Source: Anolis carolinensis (Eukaryota). Taken from it: a DNA stretch of 64,000 nucleotides. Position numbers and translations under genes: made by a program. Location of the stretch: contig NC_085841.1 of the NCBI RefSeq assembly GCF_035594765.1, forward strand, positions 233,399,326 to 233,463,325. Reading direction: 5' to 3'. The notes beneath the pieces were generated by a model. It searched no databases and had not been told where the DNA came from. It worked only from the letters and a program-made list of their open reading frames with translations. Positions 19,519 to 32,246 of this stretch are shown in pieces; position 1 is the stretch's first letter; each line of letters opens with the position of its first letter.

Positions 19519-20292
19519 CAGTGGTTCCCAACCTTCCTAATGCCGCGACCCCTTAATACAGTTCCTCATGTTGTGGTGCCCCCCAGCCACAAAATTATTT
19601 TTGTTGCTACTTCATAACTGTCATTTTGCTACTGTTATAAATTGTAATGTAAATTTCTGATATGTAGGATGTATCTTCATTTACTGGGCCAAATTTGGCA
19701 CAAATACCTGATACACCCTAATCTGAATACTGATGGGGTTGGGAGGGGATTGGTTTTGTCATTAGGGAGTTGTAGTTGCTGGAATTTATAGTTCACCTAC
19801 AATCAAAGATCATTCTGAACTCCACCAACAATGGAATTGAACCAAAATTGGCACAGAGAACTCCAATGACCAACAGAAAATATTGGAAGTGGACATTGAC
19901 CTTGAGTTTTGAAGTTGTAGTTCACCTACATCCAAAGAGCACTATGTACTCCAAGCAATGATAGATCTAGACCAAACTTAGCACGAATACTCAATATGCC
20001 CAAACTTGATCACTGGTGGAGTTTGGGGGAAACAAACAGCCCTTGACATCTGGGAGTTGTAGTTGCTGGGATTTATAGTTTACCTACAATTAAAGAGCCC
20101 CTTGAACTCCACCAACAATAGAATTGGGCCAAACTTCCCACACAGAACCCCCATGACCAACAGAAAATACTGGAGGGTTTTGGGTTCCTATGATCACCAG
20201 AAATATGTGTTTTCTGATGGTTTTTGGCAACCCCTCTGAAACCCTCCTCGCAACCCCACAAGGGGTCCCAACCCCCAGGTTGAGAAATGCTG
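19519..20292 (+). mobile_element. SPIN/URR1-type non-autonomous hAT with internal ~120-bp repeat array
   Basis: 5' end cagtggttcccaaccttcctaatgccgcgaccccttaatacagttcctcatgttgtggt...ttgctacttcataactgt matches the SPIN/URR1 terminus as I recall it; 3' end ggggtcccaacccccaggttgagaaatgctg; TSD ggtgaagg/ggtttagg. Confidence 0.8.
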
Positions 20293-20879
20293 GGTTTAGG
20301 CATGGCAATAATTGTGGTTCTTTCCTCTATCCCTCTCCCCAGTGGTGAATGAATATCCTTGAATATGCCAGTTTTGCGGTACCATTTGGCAGAAGCAAAG
20401 GTTATGAGTTTATGGCTTTAGTGATGCATAGAGAGACATGATATTTTATATTTTTGGAGCTTCAAGTGGTTTATTGTGGAGCAAACAGGCTATTTCACTT
20501 TTCAGTCAATGAAATAAGGAATTTTTCTTGAGCTGTAAAATTGTTCTCTTTCACTTTTATCAAAGTGAGGCCTTTTGTCAGGCTTACATTTTGTTTTTCT
20601 ATGGTGCCCTTACACACACACATACACACACACACACACCACCTACCTGCCACTCGATCAGTCTACCATATCCCCTGCTGTGTTTTGCCTTGTAGCACAG
20701 TTCTGGTTCTTTAGGCTTTGCTTTCCCTTCTTCTTCTTGTTCTGTGTTGTGCTGTCAGTTCTTAAAAGGCCCTAAAAGTGAATTTAACATTAAAAGAAAG
20801 CATTGGTTAGCAGACTAGGTCAAGATTCCAGTTTCTTTGTCCCTTTATATGAAACAGCAAGCTCCAGCAAATAGGACCC

Positions 20880-21240
20880 AGCAAAGTAACAGACCCAAGA
20901 AACTAGTCAAGATCCTAAAGTGTAAAGAGATATTATTGAATAGTAAAGTTAGGACTGACTATGACATTATATTTCCCATTTCTTGGTATGATTTTGAAAG
21001 ATGGTCAGTTATGAAAGAAGTGAATAAACTAATCTGAAATGTGGTGCTGGGTAGGGACAAGTAAATGGATCCTGGAGCAAATCAAACCTGAACACTTTTA
21101 AAAAATGAGACTATGTACTTTTGGATAGATCATGAGGAGTCTTGACTTACTAGAAGAGGCAAAAATAGTAAGGTGGAAGTAGCAGGAAAAGACGAAGACC
21201 ACATTCTTGGTGGATAGACTCAATCAAAGAAGCCAAATGC
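20880..21240 (+). mobile_element. RTE-clade LINE 3' fragment, old
   Basis: Remnants of LVKILKCKEI..., MWCW, YFGxIMR, KVExSRKRRRPHSWWIDSIKEA. Confidence 0.7.
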
Positions 21241-23419
21241 AACTGAGCATTTTTAAAATACCAAAACCAATGACTAATGTCTGACTGAGAGCACAGGCTG
21301 TTTTCCCAGTTAACAGTTTTGGTAATAATTTGGGGAAACAACAATATGTGTTATATTTCTACAAATAGCTATTTATTCTGTTAGCTGATTTCCTTCTCCA
21401 AAATTTCTTTCACAAACACAAATATTTAAAACTGAAAAGAGAACTAGTTAACTTCTGAAATCAGATGAATAAAGCTTTGTACATAAAAGGCATGCCCAAT
21501 CTATAAAAAAATAAATGGCAAGTGACTGTAATAGTGAAATTTTCTCCCATGATGTGAATAACATAAAATTGGCTTTTATTGGTCTTCTCAAGTCTCGCCC
21601 CATTGCTATTTCACACTTCCCCAAACATTTTGTTCTTGGTCTCCCTTTCTATTCCCTTCCTAAACACTTACATTATTTCCAGGCATTTAGAATAAGAACC
21701 CTGCAGGAGGAACTATTTTCTAAATGTGTGTCATTGTATAAAACTTAGATTATCTATGAAATAGATTTCATATTACTAGTAAAGACTAAAGTGGGGGTGG
21801 GCATGCGTCAAAACAAGGAGACCCTATCTCTTTCCTTGTCAGTATTTCCAGGAGCTGTTGGATAATGAAAATAAGAATATATACATGAAAAATGGCACAA
21901 ATTCTACAATCGCTTCTTATTTCATGCAAAATGCTTTGAAGCTCCTAAGACAGCATGCGATCCTTTATCTTTACTTAGCCTTCATGTGACATGATACTTT
22001 TGCAAGTCACTGAGATAAAGCATCACAGAAAGAAAATCTTTTGAATTACCTTGGTGACCTTGCTTTTTCAAAAAATGCAAAAGTATTTGGGAATGTGATG
22101 TTCTAGAAAAGTTCACATTAAAGAGAAACTGTCCCACTTAAATCAGTGAAAGATAAAGCAACACAATTAATATTATGATGATGATTATTTTTAAATTTCC
22201 TGTAGTGTCGGATTGTTGTGCCAGTATTTGTATAAAATTGTGCCCATGGTGGAGCATAAACAAGTGATTCCAGAATGATCAAGTAGGGGTCTACTACAAG
22301 AAATACAACCAGGAGGCACAGTACCTCAGATTAGCTTCCAACCATTAATAGATTATTTTGCTCAACTTTTCTTTTGTCTTTTTCCTTTGCTGTACCCCAA
22401 AACTTTGTTGTCTTAAAATGTTCAAGTCCTGTTTACTGCTCTTTCACCTATATGGTAGGCTGTGATTCTCTTGGGCCCTATGATAATTTTCCATCCTGTT
22501 TATTCCTCATTAGGAAGTATTTGTTTGCTACTGGACAAACAACAAATATAGAACGTATGAAATCTAGAATATATCGCCAAACAAAGTTCAATACATCTTT
22601 TGATATTTTAACAATTTTAGACAGTAACCTATAACAATTTGTGTTGAGATCTACTATTATAATTTGACAATAACCTTTTGTAATGTTTAATCTATCTGTT
22701 TTTATATTTCAAAGCTGCCTTCAGTCCCAGTTCTGTGGAAAAACTAGGATATATATACATAAACAGGAACAACATGTCTAATGCATAGTATGGAGAGATC
22801 AGCCTTTCTAACCTAGTAACCTCCGGACAAGATTATCTGGTTGTAATTGATAACTGCCATCAAATCTCTTACGGTAATCCTATTTATAAGACACCACCAA
22901 GTCAACCTACCATCAGCTGCCCTGATTAAGTCTTGCAGACTCAGGGTGGATCTACATGGACTTCTTATCCCAAAGGTGATCTGGAATAGCATATGTTGGA
23001 TTGGCCCTGGGATGGTTTACACAACCACCCTTTGGCTGCATCAAATCTGACTTGGCACTGCTAGATAGCTACCTTTACGACCCCCCCCCCCCCCAATTAT
23101 CCATGTCACAGTGGTCTTCAGGCACCATCAGTCAACCAGAGCCTGGAGTGACATCACTTGGGATGACAAGGTGACAAAACAGGGGAGAGGGAGGAGAGGA
23201 GGAACTGCTCTCTCCTCTCACCATTCACTTCAATTGCCCCAGTCAACATTCTCCCATCACTACAGGTGATGGGAGAATGGGAAACACTGTGTAAACAGGA
23301 AATGCTGTAAACAGTTGTTGCTAGTTCCATCTTGGACCTGAATTCTGGGCCAGAATTCAGAATATTTTGCAACCGTGGTTACTGCAGGTCAAAGGTGTCC
23401 TTGCTCCACATTATTTCAG

Positions 23420-24420
23420 ATCAACTCCATGCATAGTTTGGTTGCCACAGAGCTGATTTGGGTACTCTTTGTAATAAGTGGTCACTATAGATGTGCTCCT
23501 AAGACCATGGCTTCCTGGAAGTGGTCTATCCAATTGAAATATGGTCCCCCTCTTTTCCTACTGCCTTCTACCTTACCAAGCATTATTGTCCTTTCTAGTG
23601 AGTTATATCTTTTCACAATATGGCCAAAGAACAACAGTCTTAGTTTAGTCGTTTTGGCTTCTTTGGGGAGGCATGTCTTGCTTTGCTCTAGAAACAATTT
23701 ATTTGTCTTTCTAGCAGTCCATGATATCCACAGAACTCTCTTTCAAAAGTGTTTTTTACTGTCCAAATTGGAAATATGATTGCATGGACAATCCTGACAT
23801 TGCTATTCAATTATATATCTTTACAATTCAAGATCTTGTTTAATTCCTTCATATCTGCCCTTCTAAATCTTAATCTTTTTCTTGACAAGAGTCTCCATTT
23901 TTATTAATGACTGAAATAAAATATAAGAAATATGTCTTCTTTGAAATTATTTAAATCATTTGTAGAGAGCCAGCATGGTGTGGTGGTTTGAGTGTCCAGC
24001 TATGACTCTGAAGATCAGGGTTCCAATCACTGCTTGGATATGGAAACCCACTGGGCACGTCATGCACTCACAAACTCATAGGAGATCAAAAGCAAGCCTC
24101 ATCTGAATAAATCTTGCTAAGAAAACCCCATCTTAGGTTCATATTAGGGTCACCATACCAACTTCAAGGAACACAACATAAGAACAACAAGAGCAGTCAT
24201 CTGTGATCATTATTTTTGTTTTGTTTTTGTTTTTTAATGTTCAACTGTAAATCAACCTTTCCACTTTCTTCGGTAATCAGTCATTCCAAATGTTTGCTAT
24301 TTTCATCTCCAAATATTAAATTTTCACACCACCTTTCGCTGTACCCATTCTGACTTTGCAAATGATAATTAGTATACATGTTAAATAGATAAGGTGATAA
24401 ACTGTACCCTTGTCTGACTG
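23420..24420 (-). mobile_element. RTE-clade LINE fragment, old, interrupted by a SINE
   Basis: ORF 23485-23697: LLFFGHIVKRYNSLERTIMLGKVEGSRKRGGPYFNWID; upstream VRQG RT remnant near 24410. Confidence 0.75.
23966..24190 (+). mobile_element. tRNA-derived SINE with RTE-type tail
   Basis: A-box gccagcatggtgtggtggtt, B-box gggttccaatc, (CAA)-like tail; second copy on the minus strand at 49220-49423. Confidence 0.7.
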
Positions 24421-24568
24421 CAACCTTGCCTGATGGATTATGACTTATTGTTGTCTTCAGCTATCTTTGCCATTGGTTAATCTGGCTAAACATTAGATTA
24501 GTTCAAAGCATCTGGGAAATTCATTATTGAGGAAGGTTGATTACACTAACAGTGGACAATTGGTAATA

Positions 24569-25016
24569 CAGTAGAGTCTCACTTATCCAACATTCTGGAT
24601 TATCCAATGCATTTTTGTAGTCAATGTTTTCAATACATCGTTATATTTTGGTGCTAAATTCGTAAATACAATAATTACTACATAGCATTACTGATCTATC
24701 TGTCCATTCCATAATAGTCCCATTGTTGTTATTTTGCCATTTTATACCGCACTTTATTGTCCAACTGTGAAATTTCCTTTTGCCATTTCGTATCACTCTG
24801 CATTTCGCCTGGGATCTACGAATTAGTCTCCTGTTTTTAACACTGTATCCTGCTTGTTGATTTTAAGGATTGTTTTTATTGATGTTGATGTTTTTTACTG
24901 TGATAATTGTCTTATTGCTTTGTTACTGTTTTGTTTGTTTTATCGGGCCTGGCCCCATGTAAGCCGCCCCGAGTCCCTTCGGGGAGATGGGGCGGGGTAT
25001 AAAAATAAAGTTGTTG

Positions 25017-25065
<49 letters not shown>

Positions 25066-25250
25066 TGTGTATTGAACTACTTTTTCTGTCAAATTTGTTG
25101 TATAACATGATGTTTTGGTACTTAATTTGTAAAATCATAACCTAATTTGACGTTTAATAGGCTTTTCCTTAATCCCTCCTTATTATCCAAGATATTCGCT
25201 TATCCAAGGTTCTGCCGGCCCGTTTAGCTTGGATAAGTGAGACTCTACTG
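24569..25250. mobile_element. Tc1/mariner-superfamily MITE containing a nested L2 3' fragment
   Basis: TIR cagtagagtctcacttatccaa, TA TSD; insert 24694-25060 flanked by attactg/attactg and ending in the L2 stem-loop plus (TTA)n. Confidence 0.88.
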
Positions 25251-27875
25251 TATATGGACCATGTCTCAGGTAGATTTCATAATCTATCCACATATACTTG
25301 TGGTCCAGAGCTGAAGCCAATAAGATGTCTCAAGTAAATACATGGGTGGTTGCCTAGCAGCTGCTAATCTGTTATCCTGAACATGGTATATATCAGTATT
25401 AACATACTAAGAAAGGTCTTTAGACATGTTCAAACCTATGATGAATGATGAAATATCAGATTAGAGAGGGGGGGGAGGATATGAATTTCAGGAGCACTGC
25501 ATTATCTAAGATTGTCCACAGCTTTTTTTCTCCAAGATCTATTGATGGCTAAGTCTTTTAGCCAGCCTGCATATCCGCTGCGCAAATTAGGCCATATTAT
25601 ATTTGATATCTTAACATAGCAAAAAATCTGTCAGTGCTCAGCCAGACTCTCCTGGAAACATTCCAGAAATGATAATTCCAAGAGCTGATTTCTGATTTTA
25701 TCAAGCAGACAGGATGCAGATATTCTCAATAAGATTTAATACCATACACTATAGTGACTTTATTTGCCTTGTATTGACTACCAGATCATTCCAAAACATA
25801 GCACATGGTGCCTTACATGGATTTTTTTCCCATTAGATAACCACCTCTGTAAAGTAGGAAAGTTTACTTCTTTTCAGTAGAAAAATTATATCTATACAGA
25901 CTTTGAAGTGGTTTGTAAAGGTATAATTACAAAGAAAAGAAAAAGGCAGAGGTTAAAAAAGAAAAGGAGGGGGCATGATATGCAAAATATGAATGTGGGC
26001 TAGACATCGACATTAATATACATTGACGTTTTCCCCCTAAACATTTATATTCTTGACGTTGACATCAATATAACGTATAAGCGAGCATGCATAATTGATG
26101 CAGTGTTAGGTGTATTATTGTGTCGATATTTTTGTACTATATTAAAAATCCTGCTCTGCTGTGATTATTTTAGTATGGCTTTTTGTGGGATTTTTAAAAA
26201 ATATTTTGATTTTGTAAGGTCCTCTGAAAGCTTCAATAGAAGAGCTTAAATAAACAAATGAATAACAGAGACCAAACTGTTCTCCTCCCATTCACATTTT
26301 TGTGCCAAAAACTGAACCTAGTATTCTGTATTGCAGTGATGGATTTATAACTCAGTTTCATAACTGGTCCATATTCAGTTATGTTATATATTCACAATTG
26401 CCATGATCGTAATACCAATGAATCCAAAATTCAAGCCATTGTGCTGGGGGCTCAGCAGAATGATTTTTCCAGCCCTATTTTGCCAGCAAAGTTGACTGAG
26501 ACAATCAAAAGCAAGGCCCTCTCTCTGCTCCTAATCTCACCAGAGATGACTGGTGCGACAGAGCTGGAAATGTCATCTTGCTGAGCCTTGATCATGAACC
26601 AAACAAAGTTCCATTGTTTGCTGAAACTATGAGATGTGAAGGTAGGCAGCACCTATTTACACATTCATAACTATGTCAGTAATGTAGAACCATGGCTAGT
26701 GTTTCTAAAACAAAGGGATTAGCACCTTTGATATTTTGAAAACAGCACTTTGGAGGCACTTTGGTTAAACATGACCACCTGAAACGTCCTGCTTTGTTGC
26801 CTAGCTGAATGTGAAAGTGGTGTGTAGTAAACAGTTATGAAAACAGAACTTATTGGTAGGTTGCTTATAAATTTTATAATCCTCCTCCCTACCTCCTTCT
26901 CTCTCCAAGAGACTTTTCAAACAGATAGCCACAAACATGTAGAAGTTCTTGCTGATTAATCATGACTAGCACCGTTTCCCCATTTCCCTCCTCTCTCTAA
27001 AAACTTCAAATTTATTCTAAAGAGTGCTTCCCCTCCTCCTCCATAGCCCTGTCCTCAAAATCTACTATGGGAAGAATTCAAATGATTTTGTATTTGTACT
27101 CCTAACACAATTTAGTCCTTGTGTGAATTAGAAGCTGCAATACATAGAGATGGATGGCAGCTAGAAGTTCTGACAGAAAACTGAAGTCCTCTCCCTGAAA
27201 TTCTCAGAGGCAACCTAACCATTTTATCGTTCCTTTGCTGCCTCTGTCTGTATTAGTACATAAAAGCAATCTAATAAAATTCTGCTCAGACACACAGCCC
27301 TAGCATTTAAAGGAAACAAATAAAAACGATGTGTTCACCATACTCACAAATCATGGCATGGAACATGAAACTAGGTATGGTGTGTATGTGTCCTTCAAAG
27401 TTGGTATTAGGTCTGTTTGGTTTTAAATAGTACTGTTATCTCTTGAATTTGGCCATTACTAAGAAGTACAATCCTCTATCTGCATGTGTTTTCGTACACA
27501 TGCACACATTTTAAGGTTTGTTTTGTGGCTCTCTAATGGTTTGCCACATCTGGATTATTCCAAGTCCTGAAATTTTGTGGACAAAACCTGAAACCTAGGA
27601 GTGGCCTCTTTTGATGTTACAGGCCTGGTTACAAGAGTGATGCTTTGGGTTGCCAGTTCAGGATCATCCGAGGCTGAGGTTTGAAGTTCAAAACATGAGA
27701 CCTAAGACAACCCCTAGTGATGTCATTAAGCATCATGTGGTTACTTAAAAATCACACCCACATTTTCCTGTTTACTAATTAAAATAGAAATCTTATAAAA
27801 AAACTAAAGATAATCTAGTCTACTTCTGGCAAGTCAGAAGGATGGTGCAGAGCAAGGAGGAAGTAAGCCATAGAG

Positions 27876-28506
27876 CAGGCATGGGCAACCTTTTTTGCCT
27901 TGTGGCCACATTGTGGGCCTGACTGAGAGGGCCGGGCTGGGAAGGAGAGTGCCTGGGCACTTGTTGGGTGGGATGGGCCCAGGAGGGAGAGAGACTGTGA
28001 GACGGTGGGCCCGGGAGGAGGCAGGACAGGGACAGGGTCATTCTCAGGTTGCCCTCCTGGCATAAGGACAGGGATGCTTGCCCCATCCTTATGCTGAGAG
28101 GAAAACGAGACATGCAACAAATGACCCAATCCTCCTCCCTGATCCTCCTCCCCCAATCTTCAGACTGTCCTCTCGGCATTATGCCAGGAGGAGGGTGAGA
28201 CAAGCAAATGCTGAGAGAACTCCGGAGGGCTCTCAGCTGCTGCATGCTTCCTCAGGCCATCTTCTCAGCATAAGGACAGGGCTGCTTGCACCGTCCTTAT
28301 GCCAAAAGAAGGGTGAGACATGCGGTGTCTGAGAGCACTCCAGAGGGCTCTCAGCTACTGAGTGCCTTTCTCCCCTATCCTTTCTGCATAAGGATGCAGC
28401 GGGCCACTGTGTCCTTATGCTGAGAGGACAGGGAAAATGAGGAGGGCCTGAAGTAAGCGCCCGGGGGGCTGCATCAGGCCCCTGGGCCTTACTTTGCCCA
28501 TGCTTG
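27876..28506. mobile_element. Non-autonomous hAT element with internal hairpin repeats
   Basis: TIR caggcatgggcaa / ttgcccatgcttg; TSD ccatagag/ccatagaa. Confidence 0.85.
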
Positions 28507-28603
28507 CCATAGAAGCTACAACAATGGGAAGAAGGAAGCTAAACAGCTAAATCCGGAAACCTCCTGTAAAGTCTTTGCAAGTTACAGTAACAAATCAATT
28601 ATG

Positions 28604-28713
28604 TGTTGTCGAAGGCTTTCATGGCCGGGATCACAGGGTTGTTGTATGTCTTTCGGGCTGCATGTTACTTCTGGAACATGGCCACACAGCCCGAAAGACA
28701 TACAACAACCCTG
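28604..28713. mobile_element. Penelope-like fold-back remnant (inverted pseudo-LTR ends)
   Basis: cagggttgttgtatgtctttcgggctg / cagcccgaaagacatacaacaaccctg inverted pair; 12-bp TSD aaatcaattatg; same family as 50355-50598. Confidence 0.8.
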
Positions 28714-30298
28714 AAATCAATTATGCCTGCAAATTGTAGCAAGTTGGTGTTTTCCAGATTTTCACATAGCCCTTTCCTACATCAAAAACCTGAGACTCAG
28801 TCCAAACTCTGAGATCTGGGAACCCTAGTGATGTTACAAGAGGCAACTCTCTGGTGGTGTCATTAAGTAGGATACAATTATCAATTCCACTGTATATGTC
28901 ATCCAGATAAAGCACCAAGTCTAAAAGTTTAGGTCAATACACACACACGTTTCAAGACAGTGCTGTCACCCTGAGATTCCTCCTTGCTCTGAGCACTAGA
29001 CCCTCATCATCTGGATGTCTGATTCTAATCCAACTGGAGTTGCTTAGGACTGAAATTAGGACATTAAAACAACAATTATATCCTTAGTATTCAACCATCT
29101 CATCAAAATAGGTTTTAGTATCTATTCTAACATAGCTTCTTAAAATTCAAACTAAAAATGAAAGGGGATTTTACAACACAATGACATGAAAGTTACTAGT
29201 CTCCTTTCTCTGACAACTTTGCCATCTAGGCCTATACTTTGTTATTCAACTTTAATCTCCACTTTGACCCTTTTAAGATAAACTGCCTAGATGTGAAATA
29301 ATACATCACTGCATTCAGTCACTAGGGTTAAAAGGAGAACTTGAGGCATTTAGATAGTAAGCATAATTTAATTTTAATTAATTAATAATTTAATTTTGGG
29401 GACAAAAAAGTACCTTTCCAAAGCTCTAGTTTTAGACTTCTTTGAGGAAAGGTCTATATCAAAGCTCCCACAACATATAGAACTGAATTGCTGATTTTAT
29501 TTACCAAAGTAATCTATATAATTGCACATTTCAAAATAACTGTATGAAAGCTTGTGTATTTTTTTTAACTAGCTATCACCTTGGGGTACGGTAGCTATAT
29601 TTTAGAAGCCAGTGAATGGAAAAGTTAAAAGGCCCAGAGAGAGTACTGATTTGATAAAGATGCCAGAAAATATCTAGTGATTGTTCGACATTATATTGAC
29701 ATTTTTTAAAACTCTTGAAAAATAAAACATTTGTATATATATTAATACATCTTTTTCTAGCTGCTGTGAGGGTATAATTTAGACCATTGTGTGAGATATC
29801 TGTTACATTCTATTAAGACAAGAGAAAGCGGGGTGAAGGGAAGGACCCACCAATGGATTATAATAGTTATTTTCCATGGTTTGTAATTTAGAGTTCAGCA
29901 GCTGCTTTGCTCTTTATCTGTCAGATAATCCCCAGCTTTCTAACCTGTAATAAAGTCGTCACTAGTAAATATTAAAACAAAATATATTATAGAGATAAAA
30001 GGAGGAAGCATGACTCTTTATTGTGCTTATAAACTCTGTGGATTTGGTTTATGATATAATAATCAACAAACTTCAAAGATTCTTTACTTGGGAAGCCAGA
30101 CCAAAAGATATTAACTAGAGCTTAATTTCAGTCAGGGCTCATCCTGGGTTGTGTGAAGACACTGTGAAGACACTGTGGCCTGAATTAGCCCCACTTAATG
30201 AATCAATGTTTGGATACAGTGCCAAAATCTACATGATAATGTATAATAAGTCTAGAAATGTTAGTCAAAAAATCAACCAAAAATAACCTGGATCAACT

Positions 30299-30590
30299 TT
30301 GTGTGTGTGTGTGAGGAGCAACTTGAGAAACTGCAAGTTGCTTCTGGTGTGAGAGAGTTGGCCATCTGCAAGGACATTGCCCATGGGATGCCCGGATGTT
30401 TTGATGTTTTTATCATCCTTGTAGGAGACTTCTCTCATGTCCCCACTTGGAGCTGGAGCTGATAGAGGGCGCTCATTTGCACTCTCCCCGAGTTGGATTT
30501 GAACTGGCAACCTTCAGGTCAGCAACCCAGCCTTCAAGTCATCAGTCCTGCCGGCAGAAAGGTTTAACTCACTGTGCCACCGGGGGCTCC
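30299..30590 (-). mobile_element. tRNA-headed SINE with Vingi-like 3' end
   Basis: Head ggagcccccggtggcac, B-box cagttcaaatcc, tail agaagcaacttgcagtttctcaagttgctcctcacacac; 13-bp TSD acctggatcaact. Confidence 0.75.
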
Positions 30591-31219
30591 TACCTGGATC
30601 AACTGATCCACAGGTTCAATGTGAAGACTGTCCTTAACTTTTAACTCTTAGCAAGAAAGGAACCATGCCTTCCTTTGAGCAAACTGCTGAAAATTGAGAG
30701 ATCAGTCCATCCCAGAAGAACCTTGGTATTTACCTTCTCTATTTAATGGCCTTTGTCCTGTCCATAAATCAATTAGGTTGACTTCTATAGGAACATATAT
30801 GGCAAATCTAGTTTGTCTACTTTAGTTGAAACTAGCAGAAGGGTTCAAGTCTACTTCTAAGCACATCAAAGTATTTTTCTGCCAGCACTGAATAACAACA
30901 CTCTTATCCTTAAAGATGTGGGATTGCTTTTGAACTCTTTGTACTAGTTTATGAGAAATAAGCAAGGACTTCATTATCTTCTACCACTGTGTGTTTGTAT
31001 TGTAATTACAATGTTTTTAGAAGACATTAGTAATGTAGTATTTTAGATAGTTTTATTTTATTTTTCTTGTTTTTTCCCTGTTAGTTGCCCAGATATCATA
31101 TGAGGAAGGGTGAGATATAAATTCCCACTCTCCTCCTCCTGTATCCATCCATAATTGCTCCAGATTCATGAACCCTGTACTATTGCTGTGATTCTAACTC
31201 CTCATACAATGCCTAGAGA

Positions 31220-31498
31220 CAGGGCCGTAGCCAGAAAAAAATTTCGGGAGGGGTTTTGAAAATTTGGGGGGGGGGGGTTGAACCCCTAGCACATACCCCT
31301 CCTCGCTACAAACCTGTCAATATCTGCTTGAGATTGTGCCTAGAGGGACTCTTAATGTTTTGTACCTCATAGACTTAGCATGGGGATTTGGTTAACCAGT
31401 TAAAATTCATGAGTAAACGAGATTTTTTTTATAACTTGAAAAATTTCGGCGGGGGTTTGAACCCCTAACCCCCCCCCCCCCCCCTCACTACAGGCCTG
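31220..31498. mobile_element. hAT (Tip100-like) MITE
   Basis: Ends cagggccgtag / ctacaggcctg; perfect 8-bp TSD cctagaga. Confidence 0.85.
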
Positions 31499-31852
31499 CC
31501 TAGAGATGATATGTTTTGTGGGACATGGATAAAGGAAACCATATGTACTGGTTCCACAGGAGTCATACAACAAAAACAATAACAGCAACAACAATAACAC
31601 AGTACAACATCAATAGTTTTCAGTGGGTTCACAGACTTGGTGCTGATATGTGAAACTACAGAAAGTAGTGAATTCTATTTGAAATGAGTCAAGCTGAAGG
31701 ACCTAGAAGATTCTTAGAGAGTACATATTTTGTGAGTCATGGATAAATAAAATTATGGGTACTGGTCCAGTGGATATAGGAGTCAAATAGTTATTCATAT
31801 TTATTTATTTAGAGTATTATTTATTTATTTATTTACTCTATTTATTTATTCA

Positions 31853-32243
31853 CTGGTGGGAACGAGGGACAGGGCCTTCTCGGTGGTGGCTCCCCAGCTG
31901 TGGAACACCCTCCCCACAAATATCCGACAAGCCCCAACTCTTCTGGGTTTCAGAAAGGCTGTGAAAACATGGCTGTGTGCACAAGCTTTTAACGAGTAAT
32001 ATGATAACGTCGACATGGTCCGATTGAAGGCTGAAGCATGAGGTTTTTAGACAAATTGATCTAATTTACATATGTTTTAATTTTTATAATGTATTTTAAT
32101 GATGTATTTTTATAGTTTTAATTGATTATATGTACTGTTTTTGTTTTATTATTATGTTCTTGGCATTAAATGTTGCCAACTGTGTAAGCCGCCCTGAGTC
32201 CCCCTGGGTGAGAAGGGCGGGGTATAAATTCTGGAAATAAAAA
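31853..32243 (+). mobile_element. L2 LINE 3' fragment (ORF2 C-terminus plus UTR)
   Basis: LVGTRDRAFSVVAPQLWNTLPTNIRQAPTLLGFRKAVKTWLCAQAF; terminal stem-loop; inserted into the tail of the opposite-strand L2. Confidence 0.85.
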
Positions 32244-32246
32244 ATA

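Noticed and set aside
9133-25138. ORFs with poly-Y, poly-I, poly-N or poly-C runs
   Set aside because: Translations of (TAA)n/(TTA)n/(CTG)n microsatellites.
25990-26150. AT-rich, CpG-containing stretch suggestive of a mitochondrial control-region insert
   Set aside because: No conserved sequence block or tRNA recognised; it ends in a LINE-like tail, so it is more likely a 3' UTR remnant.
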